Below are positions 27,965 to 38,239 of a stretch of 64,000 nt of DNA, one piece after another. The stretch is from a virus (taxonomy: Duplodnaviria > Caudoviricetes). The stretch lies in the IMG/VR virus record IMGVR_UViG_3300028596_000001; one strand, written 5' to 3'. The position numbers and the translations under genes were made by a program. A model generated the notes under the pieces. That model saw only the letters and a program-made list of their open reading frames with translations. It was not told the origin of the DNA and did not search any database. Within the stretch, counting starts at the first letter, position 1. Each line of letters starts with the position of its first letter.

Positions 27965-28543
27965 ATGGATATCCCGAACTATGAGTTATTCCTGAAGCGG
28001 TTCATCGAAGTAAACGTAGAAGTATACAAAGATGATCCCGCTTTCGTGGCTCAGCTCAATGCGCTGACGCTTGACACTCTCGTAATTACCAACCTGCGTA
28101 AGGCCGATCTTGAGGGTAAGGTTTACCACACCGTGGACGTAGAGAAGGTCGGTTTGCTGAAAGGCTTCGACCAGCACTACTACCCGGCGGACTACGTAGA
28201 ACACCACGCTGCCAAACTGGAAGACCCCGAACCGAAAACGGTAGAGGTTCTCCAGACCCGTACCCTGCCAGGCGTTTACCTGGTGCTCGTGAACGAGACT
28301 GATCACAAGAGCGCCCTGCTGGTAAACCACGGGGAAAAGACGATTGAAGCACTGACCGCTTTGGTCAAGGCTAAATCTAAAGTCGTACTGACCGACGAGC
28401 AGATCACCGTTAGCGAAGATCTGTCCACTGTGACGATCGACTCCCCTACCGTCATTGGTTTGTTGCAAGTATACGAAAGTATCTACGACGAACTCCCTCG
28501 CTGGAATGGGGAATACGTTTACGACGGCACGTTGACGTATTAA
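27965..28543 (+). CDS. Virion structural protein preceding tail fibre
   Basis: N-terminus paralogous to 50082..50666; ends in WNGEYVYDG tail-type motif. Confidence 0.6.
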   Translation: MDIPNYELFLKRFIEVNVEVYKDDPAFVAQLNALTLDTLVITNLRKADLEGKVYHTVDVEKVGLLKGFDQHYYPADYVEHHAAKLEDPEPKTVEVLQTRTLPGVYLVLVNETDHKSALLVNHGEKTIEALTALVKAKSKVVLTDEQITVSEDLSTVTIDSPTVIGLLQVYESIYDELPRWNGEYVYDGTLTY

Positions 28544-28590
28544 CACCACCGACACGGACGGAACTTTAAATCCTTTTAGAGGAAAGAAAC

Positions 28591-31530
28591 ATGGTTGATT
28601 TTGTAGAAACTCCCAACTTCGATGAGGCCATTGCCATCATCGAGACGGGTGAAAAAGTTCTGGGTGGCGCTGGCGGTCCTGCAAACCGTCCGCTGCAAGC
28701 CCTGGCTAACCGTACTCGCTACCTGAAAGATTTCCTGGATGGTATCGTCAGCGGTGGCATTGGTGGCGTTATCCTCATGGGCGTTCTGGAAACCCAGGCC
28801 GAACTGGATGCCATCCCTACTGAAGGTCTGAAGGTCGGCACCGCCTACTTCCTGAACTTCGAGATGCGCGTGTGGAACGGCACCGAGTGGGGTAACTCCG
28901 GTTCCCTGCGTGGTGAACGCGGCCTCAACATCCTGGGTGTCTGGCCTGACGCAGTTCCACTGCCGGACCACACTCAGAACGTCATCGGTGACGCTTACCT
29001 GTGGAAGAACGACATTCACGTTCTCGTGCCTTCGTTCGATCCTGAAGATCCGGAAGCCTCCGACCTGCCTCCTATCTGGGAAGGTCTGGGCATCCGTGGT
29101 CCAGACGGTAAGAGCACCTTCGACATTTACCGCGAACAACCAGGTAACGCCAACAAGACCCAAGCCCAGTTCCTGGCTGAACAGAAAGGTGAGCAAGGCG
29201 ACGACGCCTATGAAGCCTGGCTGAAGATCCCGGTGAACGAAGGCAAGTCTCGTGAACAGTGGGTTGAAGAAACCCGTGGTCTGCAAGGTGAAGTCGGTCC
29301 TGCCCGTGGTGCGTTCGTTGTAGCTGGTTCGAAGGCCAACGCTGGTCAACTCCCTACCCCGGGCGATGAGACCAAAGCCTGGTACGTAGGTATCGATCTG
29401 TACGTTTGGGTCGAAGCCGACCAGAACTACATCATGATCCCTGGTATCGCTGGTAAGTCGGCGTACACCATCTGGCTGGAATCTGATCCAGAGCATGAAG
29501 GTCAGACCGAAGCTCAGTTCCTGGAGTCGCTGAAAGGTGCTAAAGGTAATGACTCTGTCGTACCTGGTCCAAAAGGTGACGACGGTCGTAACCTGCGTAT
29601 CCTCGGTACCGTTGGTACCAGTTCCGAACTGGCCCAGCTCGAAGACCCAGTAGACCAGGATGCCTATGCCACCCTGGACACTGGTCGCCTGTGGATGTTC
29701 CTGCCTCTGGAAGGTGGCTGGAAAGATCTCGGCCCATGGCGTGGTGTGGATGGTAAGTCTGCCTTTGAAGTATGGCAAGACAACGGCCATCCAGAAGGTA
29801 CCCCAGCTGAGTTCTTTGCTTCGCTGAAAGGTAAAGACGGTATCAACATGGAGATCCGTGGCGTTGTTGCCACTCTCGCCGCGTTGCCAGCCGTTCCGCA
29901 AGAGCAATGGCTGTATGCCGTTCAGGATGAGCGTTCGTTCTACCTGTACCTCGATGGTGCTTGGGCGAACATCGGTACCTACGGTATCGACGGTGTTGAC
30001 GGTAAAGACGGTAAGTCTCTCGATATCGTCAAGATCCTCACCGAAGAAGACGACGTTCCGCCTGCCGCTGATGCCAACACCAAGGGCAAAGCGTATATCT
30101 CCTGGAACCCACGTGATGTCTACGTGAACGTTTCCGGCGGTGCATGGGAGAATGCCGGTCCGTTCATGCCTCTGGGTCAACAAGGTATCCAGGGTGTTGC
30201 CTTCCGTCCTAAGGGTACCGTCATGGCCCTGGGCGACCTGCCTCCTATTGGCGGCGATGGTAACGCGGTAGAAGGTGATACCTACTCGGTTATCGAAGAA
30301 GGCAAGAAGCTCTACACCGTTGTTGACGGTCAGTGGAGCGGTCCTCTGGACATCGTCGGCCCTATGGGTAAAGACGGTCCTCAGGGTATCCCTGGTGCGT
30401 TGATGCCTATTAAAGGTGTCTACAAGACCATGGCTCTGCTGCGTGCGGCTCACCCTACTGGTGCGCTGGGCGACGCATACATGATCATCGATCCGGATGC
30501 CTTGCCAGAACCTATCCGTAACCTGGCCATCTGGTCGGTTGAGGGTAACGACTGGGTTGACACCGGTCCGTCGGGTATCAAAGGTGAGCAAGGTAATCCT
30601 GGTAACGACTCCACCGTACCAGGTCCTCAGGGTGAGAAAGGTAGCCAATGGCTGACCCTCGCTACCCAAGATGCTCCTTCTGCTGCGTTCAACGGTCGTC
30701 CTGGTGACTGGGCGGTTAACCAACTGCTGCGCGTCTACTACAAAACTGTTAACCAAGGCTGGGTGTACTGGGGCCAACTGGTCGCGGGTGATGTTAACTC
30801 GCCTCTGCTCGCCGAAGGTAAAGTGGTACGTCTGGGTAATACCTGGATCCCACTGCCTGTAGACGAAGTAGAGAGCCCAGTTGAAGGTGAGTTCTACGCT
30901 CGTAAGAAAGTTGGCGAAGATCAAGGCAACCCAGTGATGGCTTGGGCCGCGCTGCCTGACATCATCGCTGACCTGCAAACCAAACACGACACCAAGCAAT
31001 TCGTCCGGGTCTACAAGACCACTGACTCGGTGCCTGTGTGGGCTGAACTGCAGCTGCCTGCGGCTGGTATCTCCGATATCGCCAACCCGAAAGACGGTGC
31101 TCTGTACCTGCGCTTCGCCAAGAACGGTACCTGGGTCGAATACATCCCGGCTCCGAACGACGCCAAGCAATACGTACAGAAGGGAGGTAACTGGATTTCC
31201 TTCGACCGTTATGACATGCCTGTTAAAGCCATGTCCGCTACCGGTTCCGTGGATCCGACTGTCGACCAGGTTGTAGCGCTGGATAACTCCGCCGTTGCTG
31301 CCAAGACCATTACCCTCGGTGACGGTCCTAAAGGTGCGAACGCTCGGGCTCAAACCCTGATCGTAACGGTTACTGGTTCTGCTGGCGTTGTTAGCTTCGC
31401 AGCTACTGGTGCAACCACCCTGAGCTGGCACGGTGGTACTCCGCCTACTCTGTCGGGTTCCGTTACCAACATCGTGTTCTGGTGGACCGGTAGCCGTTGG
31501 ATCGGTCAGCTGGGTGCGGTAGTCCCTTAA
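28591..31530 (+). CDS. Collagen-like tail fibre protein
   Basis: N-terminal IETGEKVLGGAGGPANRPLQALANRTRYLK fibre anchor; repeated G-X-Y triplets alternating with GDAY/DLP modules. Confidence 0.85.
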   Translation: MVDFVETPNFDEAIAIIETGEKVLGGAGGPANRPLQALANRTRYLKDFLDGIVSGGIGGVILMGVLETQAELDAIPTEGLKVGTAYFLNFEMRVWNGTEWGNSGSLRGERGLNILGVWPDAVPLPDHTQNVIGDAYLWKNDIHVLVPSFDPEDPEASDLPPIWEGLGIRGPDGKSTFDIYREQPGNANKTQAQFLAEQKGEQGDDAYEAWLKIPVNEGKSREQWVEETRGLQGEVGPARGAFVVAGSKANAGQLPTPGDETKAWYVGIDLYVWVEADQNYIMIPGIAGKSAYTIWLESDPEHEGQTEAQFLESLKGAKGNDSVVPGPKGDDGRNLRILGTVGTSSELAQLEDPVDQDAYATLDTGRLWMFLPLEGGWKDLGPWRGVDGKSAFEVWQDNGHPEGTPAEFFASLKGKDGINMEIRGVVATLAALPAVPQEQWLYAVQDERSFYLYLDGAWANIGTYGIDGVDGKDGKSLDIVKILTEEDDVPPAADANTKGKAYISWNPRDVYVNVSGGAWENAGPFMPLGQQGIQGVAFRPKGTVMALGDLPPIGGDGNAVEGDTYSVIEEGKKLYTVVDGQWSGPLDIVGPMGKDGPQGIPGALMPIKGVYKTMALLRAAHPTGALGDAYMIIDPDALPEPIRNLAIWSVEGNDWVDTGPSGIKGEQGNPGNDSTVPGPQGEKGSQWLTLATQDAPSAAFNGRPGDWAVNQLLRVYYKTVNQGWVYWGQLVAGDVNSPLLAEGKVVRLGNTWIPLPVDEVESPVEGEFYARKKVGEDQGNPVMAWAALPDIIADLQTKHDTKQFVRVYKTTDSVPVWAELQLPAAGISDIANPKDGALYLRFAKNGTWVEYIPAPNDAKQYVQKGGNWISFDRYDMPVKAMSATGSVDPTVDQVVALDNSAVAAKTITLGDGPKGANARAQTLIVTVTGSAGVVSFAATGATTLSWHGGTPPTLSGSVTNIVFWWTGSRWIGQLGAVVP

Positions 31531-31538
31531 CTGAATAG

Positions 31539-31566
31539 CTACGGGGGTCTCTAAAGACCCTCGTAG
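31539..31566 (+). terminator. Intra-operon hairpin
   Basis: ctacgggggtct-ctaa-agaccctcgtag then ttt. Confidence 0.6.
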
Positions 31567-31595
31567 TTTCCCCACCAAAGATTTTAGGAGACAGT

Positions 31596-32249
31596 ATGAC
31601 TACTGTTACTCGCGACACCCGTTTGATCCACATCCCGACTGGCGATTACCCTGTATACCTCCGGGACCTCAACACCCGTATCGAGAACGCGTGCATCAAC
31701 CCTGATCGCATCGATTCGGAAGCATTGGTAGATTTCGGCTACGCTCCTGTAGTAGAAGTCGACATGCCACCAGGCGACGTGGTTAGTGAAGGTGCCCCAG
31801 AGCTCGTAGACGGTGTTTACAAGCGTACCTGGATCATCCGTGAGCATACCCCTGTTGAAGAAGCTGCGTTGCTTAAGCAGGCCAAAGACACCGCGCTGGT
31901 TGCCATCGAACAGCTGCGTGTCAACGAATTCCGTGATGGCGTTCCTTATCAGTTTACTGAAGGCGTCTACCACGTACAGATTCGTAGTGAAGACCGCATC
32001 AACATTGTTAGCCTGCGCATCATGGCTAAAGAAGCGTTAGCTGCGGGCAGTCCTTTCGCGATCAAGTTCCGTGTGGCTGAAAATGTCAGCGTGGACCTGG
32101 AAGCCGAGGAAGTGGTTGCAATGTCCGATGCTGTTGCTGCACAAGTGCAAGCAGGTTATCAGGCTATCTGGGATCTGAAAGACCTCACCGAACTGGCTGA
32201 GACCATCGCAGAGATTCCGGAAATCCCGACTTCCATCTTCTCCTTGTAA
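31596..32249 (+). CDS. Tail fibre assembly chaperone (DUF4376-like C-terminus)
   Basis: GYAPV..P.GDVVSEGAPELVDG..W; C-terminal FRVAENV.V.L.AEEV.AM...W.LK. Confidence 0.75.
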   Translation: MTTVTRDTRLIHIPTGDYPVYLRDLNTRIENACINPDRIDSEALVDFGYAPVVEVDMPPGDVVSEGAPELVDGVYKRTWIIREHTPVEEAALLKQAKDTALVAIEQLRVNEFRDGVPYQFTEGVYHVQIRSEDRINIVSLRIMAKEALAAGSPFAIKFRVAENVSVDLEAEEVVAMSDAVAAQVQAGYQAIWDLKDLTELAETIAEIPEIPTSIFSL

Positions 32250-32253
32250 CGTA

Positions 32254-32288
32254 TAAGGGACTAGGTGGTAACCCCACCTAGTCCCTTA
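32254..32288 (+). terminator. Intra-operon hairpin abutting RBS of next gene
   Basis: taagggactaggtgg-taacc-ccacctagtccctta followed at once by GGAG. Confidence 0.7.
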
Positions 32289-32298
32289 GGAGTTTCTC

Positions 32299-33357
32299 AT
32301 GCTCGAACTTCTACACGGAGGAACCGGGGGCGTACGCCCTACGTACCCTAACTCTGGTCCTGGTACTAAGGTTTTACAATACGGCAACGAGGAGATCGGT
32401 TACTTTGGCGAGGTTACAGGGGCACAGTTGTTTACCCCCAAAGAGTACATGACTCTTGCCAGAGCGTATTTCGGTAACCATGATAACACTGCCGATGCTT
32501 TGTCCAACATCTGGCTGAAGTACTTCTTTAAAGGTAAAGTTGTTTTCATCGCCAAAATTCCTTTTGCGGCCAACGTCAACTGGAATGAAATTTATTTGTC
32601 CGGTTTGGTTTACGGAACTCAGAACAATGGCAAGTACCCTGCGGGCAACGAACCGACGTGGCAATACAACCCGTTGTTCAAACAGGAAGGCCAGCGCAAT
32701 TGGGCTTTGATCCCTCGTCTGATCAAAGGTGTGGCGACCGATCCGTTTACTACCTTCAACGACGCGGCGTATACGGGTAGTGAATGGACGGAGTTGGTGG
32801 GTCGCTGCTTCGTTGGTCCTAACCCACCGGTTAGTGAGAAGTGGGCATCGTTCTCGGTTGCAGATCTTCGCTTCGACACCAACCGTTATTTCTGGGCTCA
32901 AGAAACCGACAACGCTAACGTCAACAATGCGTTGTACCTAACCAACGGTTCTGCCACGTTCTTTACCCGCACTAGCTTGGTTAAGACCTACCAGGCCATG
33001 TGGTATCGACCAGTGCTGGAATTGGTTGATGCTGCAAACGGTGGTGTGTTCCCTGCTGCTAATATTAAGATCAAGCCGTCTGAGGATATCGCGGATATCT
33101 GGTTGCTTGATACTGATATTGAACCAGGCGACCCCGATCTCAACTTGGGTATTAACAACATCCGTATTGAAGACCAAGGCGTTAAAGACCTCCTGGTTAC
33201 TTACTCCTTCGATCCAAGCACTCCTAGCCGGCCAAACAACATCAATGGCATGGTAGAAAGCAGTGACTGGAAATTGTTTGGCATTACTGGCGTTTATGTT
33301 GAGCCAAGCAACTTCGAACTCCCGCCAACGTATTACGAAATCCTGAAAGGCGAGTGA
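32299..33357 (+). CDS. Virion structural protein, gp131-like paralog family
   Basis: SGPGTK.L..G.E..GYFGEV, WLKYF.KGK, WYRPVLEL. Confidence 0.75.
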   Translation: MLELLHGGTGGVRPTYPNSGPGTKVLQYGNEEIGYFGEVTGAQLFTPKEYMTLARAYFGNHDNTADALSNIWLKYFFKGKVVFIAKIPFAANVNWNEIYLSGLVYGTQNNGKYPAGNEPTWQYNPLFKQEGQRNWALIPRLIKGVATDPFTTFNDAAYTGSEWTELVGRCFVGPNPPVSEKWASFSVADLRFDTNRYFWAQETDNANVNNALYLTNGSATFFTRTSLVKTYQAMWYRPVLELVDAANGGVFPAANIKIKPSEDIADIWLLDTDIEPGDPDLNLGINNIRIEDQGVKDLLVTYSFDPSTPSRPNNINGMVESSDWKLFGITGVYVEPSNFELPPTYYEILKGE

Positions 33358-33358
33358 T

Positions 33359-34306
33359 ATGAAAAACATGATTAAGTGGGATAACCTCACTCAAATGCCG
33401 TTCACCACTAACGTCTACCGTGGTAACGCCCCGCTGGACCGGGCTGCATTGTCCAACCCCATTGCTACGTTGACTGCTGGTGAAACCCAGTACGAAGACG
33501 ACGTGGTTCGTGGGCAGACTTACTACTACGTGCTCGAAACCGTAAAGGGTAGCGACAAGGTCCCTAGCAACAACATCCAAGTAGTTGCCTTGCCGAAAAA
33601 AGGTCCTGGTCCTATCGCTTTGAAACAAGGCGATTACAACTACGGCTATTACGGTACGATCCCTACACGTGACTTCATTGGCACGCAGGGCATCCTCGAC
33701 CAAACCAAACTTGTACTCAACGCCGGCAGCGCGATCCTACAACTTTCCCCTACCTGGCATAAATACATCCGTAACGGTAAGGTGTTGTACGTACCTAACG
33801 GCCCGCTGATTTCCGGGTTGTGGTATAAAAACGTCTATGACGCTGGATGTGTATTTGGTGTCGCCGGTCCTGGTCCTTACAACGCTGGCGCTGATGTACC
33901 ACAGAGCAAAACTGTGGATATCGGTGGTACCAAGTTCAAAGTACGTCTGATGAAAGGTTGGAGTGATGATGTAACGGTTCAGCCACCATCTTCCCCGGCT
34001 TCGTCAGAACTCCTTAACCCGCTCCTTAACGAATGGGACGACCTGGTCTACCCGTTGTATGAGTACGTACCTACGTCCCAGCGGATGGCCAACGTGCAAC
34101 AGCAGACCCGCACCCAACTCAAACTCGACGCTACTAACGTCGGACGGTTTATGTGTCAAGAACGTTGGCAGGGTAGTACACCAATTTTCCGTGGTATAAC
34201 TGTCGCTGGTCGCCCAGCAGTAACCACTATCGGTGTTGACGGTAACGTTAGCATTACTGCTAACTTCATGTCGTGGTGGCCTGTACTGGAACTCGTCGAA
34301 AACTAA
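33359..34306 (+). CDS. Virion structural protein: FN3-like N-terminus plus gp131-like domain
   Basis: IKW..TNVYRG..QYEDDVVRGQTYYY; GPGP..GDY.YGYYG; WWPVLEL. Confidence 0.75.
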   Translation: MKNMIKWDNLTQMPFTTNVYRGNAPLDRAALSNPIATLTAGETQYEDDVVRGQTYYYVLETVKGSDKVPSNNIQVVALPKKGPGPIALKQGDYNYGYYGTIPTRDFIGTQGILDQTKLVLNAGSAILQLSPTWHKYIRNGKVLYVPNGPLISGLWYKNVYDAGCVFGVAGPGPYNAGADVPQSKTVDIGGTKFKVRLMKGWSDDVTVQPPSSPASSELLNPLLNEWDDLVYPLYEYVPTSQRMANVQQQTRTQLKLDATNVGRFMCQERWQGSTPIFRGITVAGRPAVTTIGVDGNVSITANFMSWWPVLELVEN

Positions 34307-34316
34307 GGAGATCTAA

Positions 34317-35288
34317 ATGAGCATTAAAATCGCTTGGTCTCCTTTCGGCAGTGTGCCCGACCAACTGACGTTGTTTTGGAGTGATTCCCCGTTCACTGCC
34401 GAGACCCTACCACCTGACAGTGTAAACATCCCGCCAGCTAACGTTGATTACGTGGACGATGGTGTAGCGGAACGTGCTACACGGTACTACATGCTGCTGG
34501 CTAAAAAGGCTAACAAGCCAGATCATTACAGCCAATGTCTGTGCTATGCCAACTGGAAGAAGACCGGTCCAGGGCGTAGCACTATCCTGCGTGGCGACTG
34601 GAACATTGGGTTGATGGACATTATTACTAGTAGTCAACTCTTCACCGCAAGTGAATTGAAAACGGCACTAGGATTAGGTGTGGGCTTTGGCGGTAACGTA
34701 AACGATGCGGTGGCTGGTCATTGGTATAAGTTCATCCGCAGGGGTAAGATTATTTTTATCCCTACCGCGCCACTTTCCAATACCGGCACCATACGTTGGA
34801 CTGATTTGTATAACGCGGGTCTTGTGTACGGCGTGGATGGTCCTGGGGCGGCTCCATTTAATTTAACGACTGCCGGTTTAACACCTCCAGTAACAGCTCC
34901 AGTCAACCAAAAGCGAGTAGTCGTTAAAGACGGGCACAGCTTCTTGGTGCGTACTCCAACCCTCAGCACGCTACCTACCGACCAGTTCATGGGAGCTAAC
35001 AAGGATACGTTCCCCGGTGGTGAGTGGTGGGAAACCATGGTCATGGTGACCCTTAACCATATAGAGGCGGATGACGTTAGCAAAATACCACCGCTCAGGT
35101 GGGGTGATTCTGCTGGGGCACCAGCAAACTGGTGGTCTTGTGGTGCGACACCGCACTTCAGGCCAAACACATTCGCCACCTGCCTAAGTGCCAACAACTG
35201 GTCTGGTTATACCCCTCGTGACGCTAAGGGGACCTTGGCATCTAACTGGGTCAACTGGGTGCCTGTACTCGAATACATTCCTGAATAA
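34317..35288 (+). CDS. Virion structural protein: FN3-like N-terminus plus gp131-like domain
   Basis: IKIAW..DYVDDGV..ATRYY; GPGR..LRGDW; WVPVLEY. Confidence 0.75.
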   Translation: MSIKIAWSPFGSVPDQLTLFWSDSPFTAETLPPDSVNIPPANVDYVDDGVAERATRYYMLLAKKANKPDHYSQCLCYANWKKTGPGRSTILRGDWNIGLMDIITSSQLFTASELKTALGLGVGFGGNVNDAVAGHWYKFIRRGKIIFIPTAPLSNTGTIRWTDLYNAGLVYGVDGPGAAPFNLTTAGLTPPVTAPVNQKRVVVKDGHSFLVRTPTLSTLPTDQFMGANKDTFPGGEWWETMVMVTLNHIEADDVSKIPPLRWGDSAGAPANWWSCGATPHFRPNTFATCLSANNWSGYTPRDAKGTLASNWVNWVPVLEYIPE

Positions 35289-35299
35289 AGGTAAACACC

Positions 35300-36217
35300 A
35301 TGGGAATCAGAATTGAATGGGTTGACCCTAACCAGGCCAACGCCCCCGTCAGCATCTATCGGTCTGAAAACAAGATGCTTGACGACAACAATCTGCCTGA
35401 ACCCATCGCGGTAGTTCCTAGCAACACCGGATTCTACCTCGATGAGGACATCATCCGTAATAAACTGTATTACTACCGTGTGGCTACTCCTGGCGTAGAG
35501 GGGAGCGGTGAGCTGGTCATTACCCCTAACAAGGGGTTGATGTTCATGCCGTACACAGGCCCGGGTCCCAAGAACATCATTCGTGGTGATTACGAGTTCG
35601 GTATCTTTGGTCGCATGCCCATGGGTAACTTGTTCAGTGCCCAAGAGCTCGTTAGTTGGTCCGGTATCGATGTTATCACCGAAACAGTTCCAGGCATCCC
35701 TAACGAATGGGTTAAGTTCATCCACAAGGGCAAGATCTATTTCACACCGACGATGCCTATTGCAACCAAGGTATCATGGCTCAGCCTGTATAACGCTGGC
35801 TTGGTTTACGGGGAGATCCCGAAGGTTGAGTGGCCGCCGCTCGTCAAAGATACTTACCCATTCGTCCCGCAGAACAAAACGATCTCCCTAAGAGAGCATT
35901 TGTTCGGTGTTCGTTTCCCTACGTCGCGTAAGAATTCGCAAAGTACCGCCGGGGATCAAGCCAGTCTGATTGGGGGAGAATGGGATCAGTTCATTGCCAG
36001 CCTGTATGTGGTAAGGACTTTCCCCGACGCTAACGGTAATCCACAATTGGACGACAACGGCAACCCACCATACGCCAGCTTCACTACCGACGTTAGCGTG
36101 GCCGGTTGTTTGAACCGCGGGTACTCCACCGCAGGGGATAGTACATTTAACTCATTGCCTAGTGGCACCACCGATGCTGTAAACGGCTGGCGTCCGTTGC
36201 TTACACTGATCCTTTAA
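35300..36217 (+). CDS. Virion structural protein: FN3-like N-terminus plus gp131-like domain
   Basis: IRIEW..SIYRS..FYLDEDIIRNKLYYY; GPGPK..RGDY; GWRPLLTL. Confidence 0.75.
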   Translation: MGIRIEWVDPNQANAPVSIYRSENKMLDDNNLPEPIAVVPSNTGFYLDEDIIRNKLYYYRVATPGVEGSGELVITPNKGLMFMPYTGPGPKNIIRGDYEFGIFGRMPMGNLFSAQELVSWSGIDVITETVPGIPNEWVKFIHKGKIYFTPTMPIATKVSWLSLYNAGLVYGEIPKVEWPPLVKDTYPFVPQNKTISLREHLFGVRFPTSRKNSQSTAGDQASLIGGEWDQFIASLYVVRTFPDANGNPQLDDNGNPPYASFTTDVSVAGCLNRGYSTAGDSTFNSLPSGTTDAVNGWRPLLTLIL

Positions 36218-36228
36218 AGGAACCGCAT

Positions 36229-38229
36229 ATGGAGATTTTCCTAAGTGTCCTGGATGGGAAAAAGGAATATCCCTACCCAGATGACAAATATCTGGGGGAA
36301 GTGGCCAGCGGTGATTTCATTGACGGTGTTACTCTGGCTGCCAATTTGGGTCTTACTGCGGGCATCTCCCAAAACGCTACAACCAGCTGGCTCAAGTTCC
36401 AAGCCCAGGAAGGCTATACGTTCCTGATTCCTAAGAAGAGTTTGCGCTATCGCCTCTCTTGGGATTCCTTGAATACGGCTAACGTAATCAATGGAGTCAA
36501 GACGGTCCTGGTTCAGGGCAACCTTTATAAGGTCCGGGTGCTCAAAGGCGCTGAAGCGAATCCAACTGGATGGACTTCAGCGCTGGGCCAGGATAACCCA
36601 GCTATTGCGAATCCTTCAGAATGGAACCGCTTCGTGCACAGGGTCAGTGCAAACAATCCTGGACTTGCCTCCAACTGGGAAAGTTTCAGCAATACTGACC
36701 TGGGTGTTGCCAACGGTACTACCATCGGGCGAATGAGCATCTGTACGGAAGAAGTTGCTGCCATGTCTGGCTATGTGATTGGACGTGGTAATACAGCGTT
36801 GTCGGAATTCAACTACTTCACCAAGCTCGATGGAACGAGCACTGCGCAAAACCATTACGGCTGGCGCCCGGTATTGGAGTTGATTGGCCCTGCACCTTAC
36901 TACCCTGATTCAGGTCCAGGTAGTAAGTACCTAATAACCGGTGACGAGCAATTGGGTTACTTCGGTGAAGTTAGTGCCGCTGATCTGATGACCCACATCG
37001 AACTACGTAACCACCTTAATCCGGCAATGGTTGCGGACATTCGCGTTCAATCTGATTTGGGTTGGTTCAAGTTCTACCATAAAGGGAAGGTGAAGTTCAT
37101 CGGCAAGGGTAGTTTCTCTACCTACCTGTCCTGGAACACGTTGTATGCTAACGGCGGTGTCTACGGCACTAACGATAACGGCAAATACCCGGCCTCAACT
37201 CCGGTTAACCAATATCGTCCTGTGACGTTGGTTCGTGAAGGTGTTGATTGTAAGTTGGTTCCTCGGCTGATTACCGGCGGTCCAGACCCTTACACATCAG
37301 CTACCGCCTACCACACGGATAACGAGTACGGTGATCTCCTTTATCGGATGGTTACTGGCGCGCATCCTAACGCAGGTTTGTGGGCTAGCTACACAACTAC
37401 TGCGCTGCGACTAAACCAAGCCCACACGTGTGTTAGTACACAGGACACTAACTCAGCTAACTCCATGATCCGTGGTTATTCTGGTAACCTACACGCCGGC
37501 GCACAAAACTTAAGCAAGGCCGATATCAACGGCTACAGTCAACACATCCGCATGGTGTTGGAACTGGAGAGTATTGTTAGACGACCTTTGTTGGCTTTGG
37601 ACCCTTCTGATCAAACAGCAGGTTCTACGGTTATCGAAGATAAATCCGGTCGTGCCCTCACAGTAAGCAACGTTGGTGTGGTGGTATCTGATGACGGTCC
37701 TAAACCAGGCGTTAAGTCGATGTACTTCGACGGTACTGGATGGAATTATCTGCGTATCCCGCATGCGCAAGTACCTAACATCCTCCGTGGTGATTTCACC
37801 ATTGAGTATTGGTACAAACCGCAAACTAATGCCAACGGCTTGAGTGCTGTATTCAACCAATGGCAGCAAGCTGCTGGCCTGGGCGGTGTGGTTTGCTCGA
37901 CGGCAAGCCCGACAGCTCAAACCTGTCACTTCGGTCCATTCAACGAGAACGGTGCGTTAATAACAGCAAGCGCTCCTCCACCAGGTTGGGTGCATGAAGC
38001 GATTACCCGTAAGGGTGATACCTTCACACGTTGGCGTGATGGTAAGTCTGTGGGTACAGCTCTCAGCGCTACGTCCAGAGACAAGATAGCTATTGACTGG
38101 ACTGTCGGTGCCTACTTTGGCCCTGCCGGTACTGTACCAGCTAACGGGGCGACTGTGTTGAATGGTTGGGTGGCTAAGCTGGCTATTACTGGCTATTGCA
38201 AGTACACTGCGGAATTTACCCCTGAATAA
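36229..38229 (+). CDS. Virion structural protein: two gp131-like domains plus LamG/ConA-like domain
   Basis: Two GEV..WLKF/WFKF units; C-terminal GDFTIEYW, WVHEAITRKG, CKYTAEFTPE. Confidence 0.75.
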   Translation: MEIFLSVLDGKKEYPYPDDKYLGEVASGDFIDGVTLAANLGLTAGISQNATTSWLKFQAQEGYTFLIPKKSLRYRLSWDSLNTANVINGVKTVLVQGNLYKVRVLKGAEANPTGWTSALGQDNPAIANPSEWNRFVHRVSANNPGLASNWESFSNTDLGVANGTTIGRMSICTEEVAAMSGYVIGRGNTALSEFNYFTKLDGTSTAQNHYGWRPVLELIGPAPYYPDSGPGSKYLITGDEQLGYFGEVSAADLMTHIELRNHLNPAMVADIRVQSDLGWFKFYHKGKVKFIGKGSFSTYLSWNTLYANGGVYGTNDNGKYPASTPVNQYRPVTLVREGVDCKLVPRLITGGPDPYTSATAYHTDNEYGDLLYRMVTGAHPNAGLWASYTTTALRLNQAHTCVSTQDTNSANSMIRGYSGNLHAGAQNLSKADINGYSQHIRMVLELESIVRRPLLALDPSDQTAGSTVIEDKSGRALTVSNVGVVVSDDGPKPGVKSMYFDGTGWNYLRIPHAQVPNILRGDFTIEYWYKPQTNANGLSAVFNQWQQAAGLGGVVCSTASPTAQTCHFGPFNENGALITASAPPPGWVHEAITRKGDTFTRWRDGKSVGTALSATSRDKIAIDWTVGAYFGPAGTVPANGATVLNGWVAKLAITGYCKYTAEFTPE

Positions 38230-38239
38230 GGAATGATTG

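Noticed and set aside
28900-30660. Periodic repeats as CRISPR or tandem DNA repeat
   Set aside because: They are protein-level collagen G-X-Y and GDAY modules with synonymous variation; no identical direct repeats with spacers.
28576-31578. 1000-aa antisense ORF over the tail fibre
   Set aside because: Mirror frame of a strongly codon-biased gene; no RBS or motif; composition typical of shadow ORFs.
26294-38229. Diversity-generating retroelement acting on tail genes
   Set aside because: No reverse transcriptase in the window, and no near-identical TR/VR pair differing at adenines was seen; paralogs are old and divergent.
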